A stretch of DNA of 16,000 nt from Alkalimonas collagenimarina (GCF_030717845.1 NZ_JAUZVZ010000007.1:85693-101692), one strand, 5' to 3'; shown: positions 1-8,185, counted from the stretch's first letter. The notes: generated by a model not told the origin, from the sequence alone. Program-made: numbers and translations.

Positions 1-354
1 TTCAACATAGCCGGCAATACTGATGCTACCATCTGTGATTATTTTATGGTAAACTATTGATGAGAAAGGGAATTCTTTGTCGAGGTAGGTAAGGCAAACA
101 TAGGGCGCTTCTGTGTTGCTTTTGTCATGAAACCACTCACCACCGAGATGGCGGCGGAACACTTCACCGGTGTAGGCGCCGAAGATAGTACAAAGCGTAA
201 ACAATAAATCAGTAGCATGGGCTTGTTTTTTTTGCCGTTCATGCAAGGCTGATACTAATACATCCAGTTTCAGTAAACTCTCGGTACTATAATCCAATGT
301 GAGTTGAAATTCTTCTTCTGCGTACTTGACCGCATCGTCTGCGGATTGAGTCAT
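1..354 (-). CDS. hypothetical protein, N-terminal 118 codons only (the ORF runs off the left edge and is absent from the supplied ORF track)
   Basis: Manual reverse-complement translation from the ATG at 354..352 gives 118 sense codons with no stop down to position 1 (MTQSADDAVKYAEEEFQLTLDYSTESLLKLDVLVSALHERQKKQAHATDLLFTLCTIFGAYTGEVFRRHLGGEWFHDKSNTEAPYVCLTYLDKEFPFSSIVYHKIITDGSISIAGYVE). The ATG shares its first base with the last base of the LysR TGA stop (minus strand reads TGATGA over 356..351). The listed 54..242 ORF is in another frame. I do not recognise the family. Confidence 0.55.
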   Translation of the reverse strand, partial: MTQSADDAVKYAEEEFQLTLDYSTESLLKLDVLVSALHERQKKQAHATDLLFTLCTIFGAYTGEVFRRHLGGEWFHDKSNTEAPYVCLTYLDKEFPFSSIVYHKIITDGSISIAGYVE

Positions 355-1283
355 CAATTGCTCAAGCTGTTGATCTTGCATGGTATATCCTTAGTTTCTT
401 TTTGATGAACAGACAATAACAACTGACGGAGTAATTTACTACCCGGACCAAGCTGTTCTTCGTAAGGGCTGAGTAGCGATAAGGGAGCGAGTTTCTCGCT
501 GCCGCTACTGAAGTTCAGTACTTGTAAACTACCATCCGCCAGACCAGCTTGAACCGTAAAGTCAGGCAGCCAGCAAAAACCAAGCCCTAGCTGGAGTATT
601 TCGATGGCTTCATAAAAATTATCGACTGTCCAGCGTTGCTCCGACTTCAACCAACCGCCTTGTTCCTGAGGTTTTTGTGCGGTGTCACGAATGACTATTT
701 GCAGTTGTTGGCTTAGTTCGGTTAATTCAAGCTGTGTAGCTTGTGCCAGAGCATGTTGCTTGCCAACCACCGGTATAAAGCGGGTGACATAGAGGGGTTC
801 ACCGAGATAGCCTTTTGGAACCGAGCCGGTAATCACTAAGTCGGCTCTTTTTTCATGAATGATTTCTTGTGTGCCTGTCAGAACAGCATCAATAATCTGA
901 ACCCGGCTACCACGGCTTTCTGGATAAAAGGCTTGCAGTGCCTGATAGAGGTATTGCTTTGGATAAGCCAGCTCAACAGCAATACGAATTTCTGGTTCCC
1001 ACCCTTTATCAATGGTATCGGCCAGCCGCTCCAGATCTTCCACCTGCTGAGTGACCATCCGTGAACGACGCAGCATGACTTCGCCAGCTTGTGTTAAAAA
1101 GGCTTTTCGGCCTTTAACTTCTAACAGTTCAATACCGAGCATATTTTGCAATTTCGAAACGGCATGATTCAATGAGGATTGGCTTTTATTCAGCAGAGCA
1201 GCTGCTTGGGCATAGCCACCAGCATCGACCACAGCTTGTAAAATCCGCCATTGTTCGACGGTTGTTTTGGGGCGGTACGGCAT
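354..1283 (-). CDS. LysR-family transcriptional regulator
   Basis: 309 aa. The N-terminus has a LysR-type winged HTH (WRILQAVVDAGGYAQAAALLNKSQSSLNHAVSKLQNMLGIELLEVKGRKAFLTQAG), followed by a roughly 200-aa effector-binding region of typical length. An AGGAGA lies about 11 nt upstream of the ATG. Confidence 0.9.
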   Translation of the reverse strand: MPYRPKTTVEQWRILQAVVDAGGYAQAAALLNKSQSSLNHAVSKLQNMLGIELLEVKGRKAFLTQAGEVMLRRSRMVTQQVEDLERLADTIDKGWEPEIRIAVELAYPKQYLYQALQAFYPESRGSRVQIIDAVLTGTQEIIHEKRADLVITGSVPKGYLGEPLYVTRFIPVVGKQHALAQATQLELTELSQQLQIVIRDTAQKPQEQGGWLKSEQRWTVDNFYEAIEILQLGLGFCWLPDFTVQAGLADGSLQVLNFSSGSEKLAPLSLLSPYEEQLGPGSKLLRQLLLSVHQKETKDIPCKINSLSN

Positions 1284-1317
1284 GATGCAGATGCTCTCCT
1301 GTTGTCAACACAAGCGT

Positions 1318-2286
1318 TTAGCGCCGTGCCACAATGACGGCCCGAAGTGGCGCCGGATACCCTTCTATGGTTTTACTATGGTCATTTGGGTCAAGAAAAT
1401 CAATCAAACTTTCATTTTCCATCCAGTGAGTGCTTCGTTGCTCATGCATGCTGGTATGGTTTTGATCGACAACTTTGACGTTTTGAAAGCCCAGCCGGGT
1501 CAGCCAATGACACAGGGCTGCTGTACTTGGGATAAACCAGACATTACGCATTTTTGCGTAGCGATCTTTAGGGATAAGCACGGTATTTTCATCGCCTGGT
1601 ACCACCAACGTTTCTAATACCAGCTCTCCACCTACACGCAGTTGTTGCTTTAATTGTTGTAAAAAATCGAGTGGCGAACGGCGGTGGTACAACACCCCCA
1701 TAGAGAAGACAGTATCAAAGGCTTGTAAATTGGGCAGCTCATCGCAGCCAATCGGCAACAAATGCACTGCTGGGTCGGGATTAAAGTGCTTGATGGCTTG
1801 AAACTGGCTGTAGAATAGTTGCGATGGATCAATGCCGACCACAAACTCAGCCTGTTCGCCGCGCATACGCCATAGATGGTAGCCACTGCCACAGCCAACA
1901 TCCAGCACATAGCGGCCTTTTAACGGCTGAATGAAGGGCAGTAAGCGTTGCCACTTCCAGTCTGATCGCCATTCGGTATCAATCTCGATACCATGAATAT
2001 CAAAGGGGCCTTTGCGCCAAGGCATCAGCTGCTGCAGCAAATGTTGGATGCGCTGTTGTTGGCCGCTGTTGATATCGCTAGCCACACCAAAGCGAACCTC
2101 CGTTTTACACTCGATTTCAGAGACATTGGTTTCAGGCAGGTTCGCCAGCACTTTTTGCCAACGATTAAAGTCTCCATGCAGTGCCTCGCGTTGCCAGCTC
2201 GCCAGCTGTGCTGGCAAGGTTTCAAGCCAATGGCTCAGACGGTTGCTGGCAATCTGTTGATAAAAATCATTAAACAAAGCACTCAT
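1318..2286 (-). CDS. cmoB: tRNA U34 carboxymethyltransferase CmoB (cmo5U synthesis)
   Basis: Colinear with E. coli CmoB as I remember it: [90 protein letters not shown]. The ORF extends to 2310, but homology begins at MSALFNDF. That ATG (2286..2284) overlaps the cmoA TGA as ATGA, so I place the start at 2286. Confidence 0.93.
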   Translation of the reverse strand: MSALFNDFYQQIASNRLSHWLETLPAQLASWQREALHGDFNRWQKVLANLPETNVSEIECKTEVRFGVASDINSGQQQRIQHLLQQLMPWRKGPFDIHGIEIDTEWRSDWKWQRLLPFIQPLKGRYVLDVGCGSGYHLWRMRGEQAEFVVGIDPSQLFYSQFQAIKHFNPDPAVHLLPIGCDELPNLQAFDTVFSMGVLYHRRSPLDFLQQLKQQLRVGGELVLETLVVPGDENTVLIPKDRYAKMRNVWFIPSTAALCHWLTRLGFQNVKVVDQNHTSMHEQRSTHWMENESLIDFLDPNDHSKTIEGYPAPLRAVIVARR

Positions 2287-3011
2287 GATTTGAAAGCAAC
2301 CATAGAGCAAAAATTAAAGCATTGAAACCAGAGGGTGCTCTCAGCAAAACCGGCTTGTTGGAGACGAACTTGGTGTTCAGCAATGCTGTCGGGTTGCATT
2401 ACTTTTTCCAGAGCGGTGCGCTTTTGGCTAATTTCCAGTTCGCTGTAACCATTGGCACGTTTAAAGTTATGGTGCAGCTCAATGAGCAGATCATTGCTTT
2501 GTACGTTTTCGCTGACGATTTTTTCGGACAACACCAGAAGACCACCGGGTTTGAGTGCCTGATAGACTCGCTCAATCAGATCATTACGCTGTGGTTTAGC
2601 CAGAAACTGCAATGTGAAATTAATCACCACCATGGCTGCATTCTCAAGTGGTAACTCACAAATGTCGGCTTCCAGCACTTCGACCGGTACTTCAGAGCGA
2701 AAGGCACTCAGGTGACGCTGACAACGTTGAACCATGGCTGCGCTGTTATCAACAGCAATAATTTTACTGCCTGAAGCGCTAATATGTCTGCGCATAGCCA
2801 GGCTCGCCGCCCCCAATGAGCAGCCCAGGTCGTAGTAATGACTATTGGTTTGTTGATAACGCTCGGCCAGTTGGCCGATGGTTTGAATGATGCTTTGATA
2901 ACCAGGTACTGAGCGCTGGATCATATCAGGGAATACATCCGCGACCTGATCGTCAAAACGAAAATCCTGAATATGAGCCAATGGCTCAGCGTAAATATGG
3001 TCTTTTTGCAT
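2283..3011 (-). CDS. cmoA: carboxy-S-adenosyl-L-methionine synthase CmoA
   Basis: 242 aa, colinear with E. coli CmoA: [59 protein letters not shown]. It lies directly upstream of cmoB and overlaps it, matching the known cmoA-cmoB operon. Confidence 0.93.
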   Translation of the reverse strand: MQKDHIYAEPLAHIQDFRFDDQVADVFPDMIQRSVPGYQSIIQTIGQLAERYQQTNSHYYDLGCSLGAASLAMRRHISASGSKIIAVDNSAAMVQRCQRHLSAFRSEVPVEVLEADICELPLENAAMVVINFTLQFLAKPQRNDLIERVYQALKPGGLLVLSEKIVSENVQSNDLLIELHHNFKRANGYSELEISQKRTALEKVMQPDSIAEHQVRLQQAGFAESTLWFQCFNFCSMVAFKS

Positions 3012-3087
3012 AGGGCTTGTTCATAGCACAAAACATCGATGACTAATTGTATCTGATTTTGCTGTGGAACACGAAGCTGATGTCTGC

Positions 3088-3459
3088 TTAGTTTATCATG
3101 TGCTTCCTTGCTTCACGGCGTCGCACATAATCGGTTAACCCAACCACTAATAATGCAATCCCTTGATACAATGGCACCATAGCAAGGATCAAAATAGCAC
3201 GTTCACCTTGCGACTCAGCTGACTGCATACCGAAATAAGGTAGCAGGGCAAATGCATTAATAATGACGGCGGCGATGGGGAAAAGGCGTTTTAATTTGCC
3301 CTTGCGTTGCAGGACGAGAATGACCGCTACGGAGACGAAGAGAGGAGTCAGTAACCATAATTGCAGACTATGCCATGGAGACAGTAGTTGACTACTGATG
3401 CTCAGTACTGCGATGGCGATGATAGCTAACAACACAAGCGAAGTAATCAGCGTTTTCAT
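3088..3459 (-). CDS. small integral membrane protein (about 4 TM helices), function unknown
   Basis: 123 aa with four hydrophobic segments (approx residues 3-22, 33-50, 59-76, 87-107), separated by a basic loop (QRKGKLKR) and ending in a basic tail (RRREARKH). Its ATG (3459..3457) overlaps the TGA of the upstream GNAT/CN-hydrolase gene as ATGA. I recognise no family. Confidence 0.6.
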   Translation of the reverse strand: MKTLITSLVLLAIIAIAVLSISSQLLSPWHSLQLWLLTPLFVSVAVILVLQRKGKLKRLFPIAAVIINAFALLPYFGMQSAESQGERAILILAMVPLYQGIALLVVGLTDYVRRREARKHMIN

Positions 3460-5015
3460 TTCATATCCTTGGTTTCATCGGCGATCCAGCTGACTTTGTA
3501 CAAATCGTGCCGCCTATCTTTTAAATTCATCACTGAGCCTTCATTGCGAATTTGTTTCAGGCGATCTAAATCAAGATCGGAAAACATCAGCATTTCTGTA
3601 TTGGGAGTGGTTTCTGCCATCACTGCATCGTGAGGGAATGCAAAGTCCGAGGGCGAGAATACTGCAGACTGAGCGTACTGTACGTCCAGATTGTCGACAG
3701 AAGGTAGATTGCCACAACTGCCACAAATGACGACGTAACACTCATCTTCAATTGCTCTGGCTTGTGCACAATGCCGAACGCGTAAATAACCATTCTTGGT
3801 ATCGGTCCAAAAGGGCACGAATAAAATATCCATGTCTTGATCGGCCAGTAAGCGGCTTAACTCAGGGAATTCAACATCGTAACAAATCAAAATACCAATT
3901 CGCCCCGCATCGGTATCAAACACCCGCAGTTTATCACCGCCCTGAATCACCCAGTCACGGCGTTCATGGGGTGTGATATGAATTTTGCTTTGCATCTCAA
4001 CCGTACCATCACGACGGCATAGGTAGCTGACATTAAATAAGTCTTCATCAATTAATAAAGGCATTGAGCCAGTAATAATATTGATGTTGTAGCTCACTGC
4101 CATGGTAGACATTTCTTGGCGAAACCGTTCGGTGTAACCAGCTAAAAAACGTATAGCTTCCGTTTGATTGGATCGATCTTCACATAACCCCATCAAGGGT
4201 GCATTAAAAAACTCTGGAAACAGCGCAAAATCGCTTTTGTAGTTTGATAGCGCATCGACAAAGTACTCGACTTGTTGCAAAACTTCATCGACTGAATTTG
4301 CTTGCCGCATTTGCCACTGAACTGCGCCTATACGCACCTGCGTTTTACGGCTTTCCAACACGCGCCCCGGAGGCTCATAAAAAATATTGTTCCATTCCAA
4401 TAAAGTAGCGTAGCCCTCTGACTGTTCATCTTCCGGCAGATATTTTTTCAGCAAGCGCTTCAACTGAAAATCGTTCGATAGTTGAAAGGTTAGAATCGGA
4501 TCATACAACTCACGACGTTTGACAGCTTCAATATAGTCAGCGGCATTCATCTCAGAGGAGTGCTTATGAAAGAAAGGAATACGCCCTCCAGCCAAGATAG
4601 CGCGTAAGTTATGTTGCCGGCATAGTTCCTTACGAGCCTCATACAAGCGCCGGCCCAGGCGATAACCGCGATACTCAGGATGTATCACTACATCAAGCCC
4701 ATAGATAGCATCGCCTTTTGGGTTATTTAAGATGGTCTCGCGTTGACTGATCAATTCGTCGTAGGTATGAGGGTTGCTGAAACGGTCATAATCGACTTGT
4801 ACCGACAGTGCGAGACCAATAATTTCATCATGATCAATCACACAAATCTGACCTTCAGGAAAGTCTTTAATCAGCTTTTCAATGGTGTGAAGTGGCCAGG
4901 CCCCCCCCAAGTCTTTGTAGACAACGTCCATCAGGTGTTTTAGCTGGGGATAGTCGGATGTTTCTAAGTTCCGAATTTTAATATGCAGTTCATCTTGCAC
5001 GTGATAGGACTCCAA
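3456..5015 (-). CDS. bifunctional-architecture protein: N-terminal GNAT acetyltransferase domain fused to a C-terminal carbon-nitrogen hydrolase (nitrilase superfamily) domain
   Basis: GNAT motif A is present (IHPEYRGYRLGRRLYEARKE, about residues 111-130). The CN-hydrolase Glu-Lys-Cys triad sits in its usual context: FALFPEFF (E268), QSKIHITPHE (K344), GILICYDVEFPE (C378). The track start at 5015 is a TTG with no SD. The GTG at 5000..4998 (VQDELHIKIRN) is preceded by GGAG at 9 nt and is an equally plausible start. Confidence 0.88.
   Translation of the reverse strand: MESYHVQDELHIKIRNLETSDYPQLKHLMDVVYKDLGGAWPLHTIEKLIKDFPEGQICVIDHDEIIGLALSVQVDYDRFSNPHTYDELISQRETILNNPKGDAIYGLDVVIHPEYRGYRLGRRLYEARKELCRQHNLRAILAGGRIPFFHKHSSEMNAADYIEAVKRRELYDPILTFQLSNDFQLKRLLKKYLPEDEQSEGYATLLEWNNIFYEPPGRVLESRKTQVRIGAVQWQMRQANSVDEVLQQVEYFVDALSNYKSDFALFPEFFNAPLMGLCEDRSNQTEAIRFLAGYTERFRQEMSTMAVSYNINIITGSMPLLIDEDLFNVSYLCRRDGTVEMQSKIHITPHERRDWVIQGGDKLRVFDTDAGRIGILICYDVEFPELSRLLADQDMDILFVPFWTDTKNGYLRVRHCAQARAIEDECYVVICGSCGNLPSVDNLDVQYAQSAVFSPSDFAFPHDAVMAETTPNTEMLMFSDLDLDRLKQIRNEGSVMNLKDRRHDLYKVSWIADETKDMK
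4901..4908 (-). repeat. homopolymeric G8 tract on the coding strand (C8 on the + strand) inside the GNAT domain
   Basis: Direct reading: ...ggccagg cccccccc aagtc.... On the minus strand this is TTG GGG GGG GCC, encoding L36-G37-G38-A39. It is the longest G/C homopolymer I saw in the window. Confidence 0.9.
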
Positions 5016-5118
5016 AATGGAAGGGCTTAGCCGGTGACTACGTCTTGTAAATGAAGGTAGATTGAAAGAGCACTCCGGACTATTTGTCTCATTCGCCTCA
5101 TGGTTTCACTCGTCTCAA

Positions 5119-7287
5119 TTAGCTTATGCGCTCAACCTGAGGGCCAACGATAGTCACTAACTCAATATGTTCTTGTGCTATCGCTTGAGACAAATCGTTC
5201 TCGAAGCCTTCCGGCAGTTCTGTATAAGGTACCTTGAGCCCTTGAATTCCGCAAGCTCGGTTACGGCCATTGGCTTTACCTAAGTACAATGCCATATCCG
5301 CCAGCTGCAGCGCTTTTTCCCAATTGACCTTTTCTTCATCAATGCCAGCAAAGGGTAAGGTGATAAAGCCAGCGGTAGCGGTGACGACTAAGCTTTCTGT
5401 ACCACTGATATAAGGACGTTCAGACAGCTGATACAGTGTTCTTTCTACCAGAGATACGAGATCGGTGGCATTGATTCGGTGTAAAAATAGTAAAAACTCC
5501 TCACCGCCCCAACGAATGGCTTGATCGTGCTGACGTAAAGAGTCGGTGAGTCGTTGTGCAACCTCAATAAGGATATCATCTCCCATAGCATGACCGTATT
5601 GATCATTAATCTGCTTAAAAAAGTCGAGATCAATCAATACTAACGCATCAATTTCATCACTATGATAACGGCGGCTATGTAGGTGAAGATCTCTTTTTGC
5701 CATACGTTGTTGAAAAGAGCGTCGATTGTATAAGCCAGTTAATGGATCTCGTAAGGAGTGGTATTCCAACTGTTTGTTGGCTTCTTTCAGGCGGCGGTTG
5801 GCATGCCGGACTTTACGGTACAGCAACCACATCAGCAGACTGGTCAAGGCAACGATGATGGCAATCAACATAGTTAAGCGGTTTTGCAGCCGATTGTTTT
5901 CCAGTAAACGCTCTTGCAATTCATTGTCTTGCTCAAGGCGATTGATTCGATGAGCCTGATCGCGAGCTTGAAATCGCTGCTGTAGTTCCGCGAGTGTCCG
6001 ATCTCGTTCGGTTTGAAAAAGCTCTTGATTCAGTGCTCGTTGCTCACGGAGTATTTGCGCTTCTTTAATATGGTAACCTGCGTGTTGGAGTGCTTTGGCA
6101 TACTCGGTTAAAAAACGTTCTAAATCGGATTTTCTACCGTGCTCACGAAAGTACTGAATAGCAGACTCCATGATGTGAAGACCTTGTTCATGCTGATCTT
6201 GCATCACATCGATATAACCAAGATTTAACTGCACCAGCGCGTGTGTGTACTCATCATTCAGTTCCACGGCCAATTCATTGGCTTGCTGGAGCGGATGCTT
6301 AGCTTGTTCGTACTGCTCCATTAAAATGTATGAAGCACCAATATTATTTAAACTAAGCAGCACGGTATCAGGCCGCTCTAATTTTTCTGCCCACTCGATG
6401 GCTTTGTAGTGTGTGGCGATGGATGCTTCATGCTGACCCGATTCCCCTTCAATGTAGCCCTTAAGTAGATAAAGATCCGGCATGAAACCTTGCAGGGTAA
6501 GTTGGCTGGCTGATTCCAGAGCTTGCTCTGCCAACTCAAGTGCCGTAGGCCAGCTTTTTAAATCAGCTTGAAGTTGAGCGAGCTGACTTTGCAAAAAAGT
6601 TCTGCGTAACAGCGTTCGATCATTATCCGTTTCATTGACGGCTTCATAGGCTTTATAAAGATGTGTACTTGCCATCTCAAACTGATTATCTCGCATATAA
6701 AGCCGTCCAATCAGGTTGTGAGCATAATAACGAATACGGGGTTGTACTGTGTGCTCAAGATACGGTTCTATATCGACGACTACCTGATAGGCTTCATTCA
6801 ACTTATTTTGATAAAACAGAGTATCTATTTTAATTGCCAGAGCTTCAGCCATGACATCAGCATTATCTTGTCTATTGGCAAACTGAAGTAAATCCGTCAA
6901 GCGTTGTTCTGCTTGTTCAATTTCTCCGGTATATACGTAATGCAGAACTTCAGAGCCATAAATACGGGTAGCTGTGGAGGCTGGTGTCTGTGAATGAACC
7001 TGAGCCAACAAAGCTTGCAGCGAAGACATTGCTTGTTCAGGATCTTCAGCAAGCACTAATAAGTATGTATCGACCTGCTGTTCGAGTTGAGGATCGGTCA
7101 CGGCATAAGCTGGTTGCCACCATAATGCGCTAATCAATAGGCAGAAGCTGATGCCCGTATAGCTATAGCCATGCATTACATGGAGTATAGTACGGTACAA
7201 TCCGCAGACGCATCGTTTGAGCAAATCATAAGTATTCGTGGGCAAAGCAGGTGTCCCTTTATTGTAGTGACTCGCTAAGGGTAGCAA
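5119..7287 (-). CDS. diguanylate cyclase with a periplasmic TPR-like sensor region, one TM helix and a C-terminal GGDEF domain
   Basis: GGEEF lies at 5494..5508, and an RxxD I-site is 5 residues upstream (RQHD-QAIRW-GGEEF). RDPLTGLYNRRSF marks the start of the GGDEF domain. A coiled coil and a TM helix (LTMLIAIIVALTSLLMWLLY) precede it, and the N-terminal ~450 aa are long helical-repeat (TPR-like). The 7287 start is a TTG. The first ATG is 7176..7174 (MHGYSYTGISFCLLISALWWQPAYA/VTD, signal-peptide-like), so the true start is uncertain. Confidence 0.85.
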   Translation of the reverse strand: MLPLASHYNKGTPALPTNTYDLLKRCVCGLYRTILHVMHGYSYTGISFCLLISALWWQPAYAVTDPQLEQQVDTYLLVLAEDPEQAMSSLQALLAQVHSQTPASTATRIYGSEVLHYVYTGEIEQAEQRLTDLLQFANRQDNADVMAEALAIKIDTLFYQNKLNEAYQVVVDIEPYLEHTVQPRIRYYAHNLIGRLYMRDNQFEMASTHLYKAYEAVNETDNDRTLLRRTFLQSQLAQLQADLKSWPTALELAEQALESASQLTLQGFMPDLYLLKGYIEGESGQHEASIATHYKAIEWAEKLERPDTVLLSLNNIGASYILMEQYEQAKHPLQQANELAVELNDEYTHALVQLNLGYIDVMQDQHEQGLHIMESAIQYFREHGRKSDLERFLTEYAKALQHAGYHIKEAQILREQRALNQELFQTERDRTLAELQQRFQARDQAHRINRLEQDNELQERLLENNRLQNRLTMLIAIIVALTSLLMWLLYRKVRHANRRLKEANKQLEYHSLRDPLTGLYNRRSFQQRMAKRDLHLHSRRYHSDEIDALVLIDLDFFKQINDQYGHAMGDDILIEVAQRLTDSLRQHDQAIRWGGEEFLLFLHRINATDLVSLVERTLYQLSERPYISGTESLVVTATAGFITLPFAGIDEEKVNWEKALQLADMALYLGKANGRNRACGIQGLKVPYTELPEGFENDLSQAIAQEHIELVTIVGPQVERIS

Positions 7288-7326
7288 CTATTGATTAGAA
7301 TACCAATTCGTTCAATTATCAATACC

Positions 7327-7704
7327 TTATTCATGAAAATCTGATTTATGATGAGGTTTCGCGTTAGATGCCATGAGTTGCTGACGCTCATGCTCAGTAA
7401 GAATACCGCTGCATGGGGTTTTCCGTCGGTATTTACTTGCCTTGGGGCCTGAGTCGGTTATGGCTGCAATAAATGCTTCTTCTTCAGGGTACAATCGTAA
7501 AACACTATCCCAATAGACATATGCACCATGACGGATTTGCTTGGTGTGGTACAACTGAACCAGTTGCTCTTCACATTGCTTTATTAGTTCAGGTTGTGAC
7601 AATAACTTTATAGCAATCGCATGATGCAACTGAAGAATATATGCATCAAGTGCTCGTTGCTGGTGGTTCGATCGTCGTTGCCGTGGGGATCTTACGAACA
7701 TCAT
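7327..7704 (-). CDS. hypothetical protein, basic N-terminus and predicted helical
   Basis: 125 aa (MMFVRSPRQRRSNHQQRALDAYILQLHHAIAIKLL...). Its ATG overlaps the DCC gene's TGA as ATGA at 7701..7704. I cannot name a family. Confidence 0.55.
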   Translation of the reverse strand: MMFVRSPRQRRSNHQQRALDAYILQLHHAIAIKLLSQPELIKQCEEQLVQLYHTKQIRHGAYVYWDSVLRLYPEEEAFIAAITDSGPKASKYRRKTPCSGILTEHERQQLMASNAKPHHKSDFHE

Positions 7705-8075
7705 TCAACTTTGCATTGAGTCGGCTTTGCTCGAAAACGAGCCCAGAGTCTATAGCCTAATGTGGCGGCTTGATAAATACCCGGTAAGCGCAAAAACCGC
7801 ACCAGTGCTTTCATTTCTGCAAGTGACCAATAATATAAACTAGCATCCAAGCCGGTAATAAACTGATTGCCATCCCATAGATGCAAGGTTGACATCATCT
7901 CAGTGGCGTTCACCCCTTGGTAAGACGAAAAGCTTTCATCGCTGATATCTTGCAACTGTATTTTGCCGTCCAGTCGCTGCCGCAGCAGCGAAATTTCTTT
8001 GCGACACAGGCCACAGCTGCCATCGTAAAATAAGATAGCATCATCATGGTGTATATGATGGGTGGGTCTTGGCAT
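7701..8075 (-). CDS. thiol-disulfide oxidoreductase, DCC family (DUF393)
   Basis: 124 aa with the family-defining N-terminal motif ILFYDGSCGLCRKEI (CxxC, C21/C24). Size is typical of the family. Confidence 0.8.
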   Translation of the reverse strand: MPRPTHHIHHDDAILFYDGSCGLCRKEISLLRQRLDGKIQLQDISDESFSSYQGVNATEMMSTLHLWDGNQFITGLDASLYYWSLAEMKALVRFLRLPGIYQAATLGYRLWARFRAKPTQCKVE

Positions 8076-8157
8076 GGCTATATCTCTATCTAGAGGTTCA
8101 GTTTGGTGTATTTACGCCGCTTCTTACAAAATTGATCAACTGACGTTTAATTTTAAG

Positions 8158-8185
8158 TTGCAAAGGCTTATGCCATTGGCATACT
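8158..8185 (+). promoter_or_regulatory. candidate sigma70 promoter (TTGCAA-N16-CATACT) with an embedded perfect palindrome ATGCCAtTGGCAT (8170..8182), a possible operator
   Basis: TTGCAA is at 8158..8163 and the -10-like CATACT at 8180..8185. The half-sites ATGCCA (8170-8175) and TGGCAT (8177-8182) are exact reverse complements around T8176. The site lies about 35 nt upstream of the preferred start codon of the Nramp-like gene. Confidence 0.3.

Noticed and set aside
54-242. 62-aa minus-strand ORF from the track
   Set aside because: It is out of frame with, and entirely inside, the longer edge ORF (1..354), which starts at the LysR stop. The peptide is low-complexity and Cys/Lys-rich with no recognisable features.
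2287-2310. 8-codon N-terminal extension of cmoB (MLYGCFQI)
   Set aside because: Homology to E. coli CmoB starts at MSALFNDF. The ATG at 2286 forms the ATGA overlap with the cmoA stop.
1267-2654. Several 66-116-aa ORFs antisense to or nested in cmoB/cmoA (1267..1617+, 1650..1910-, 1993..2325+, 2012..2260+, 2025..2225-, 2322..2654+)
   Set aside because: They lie wholly within two genes whose products align end to end with well-known CmoA/CmoB. Their sequences are Cys/Trp/Gln-rich shadow-frame translations.
7289-7324. Inverted repeat TATTGAT-N22-ATCAATA just downstream of the 125-aa gene
   Set aside because: The arms are only 7 bp, AT-rich and widely spaced. This is expected by chance in AT-rich intergenic DNA and is not a credible terminator or operator without conservation data.
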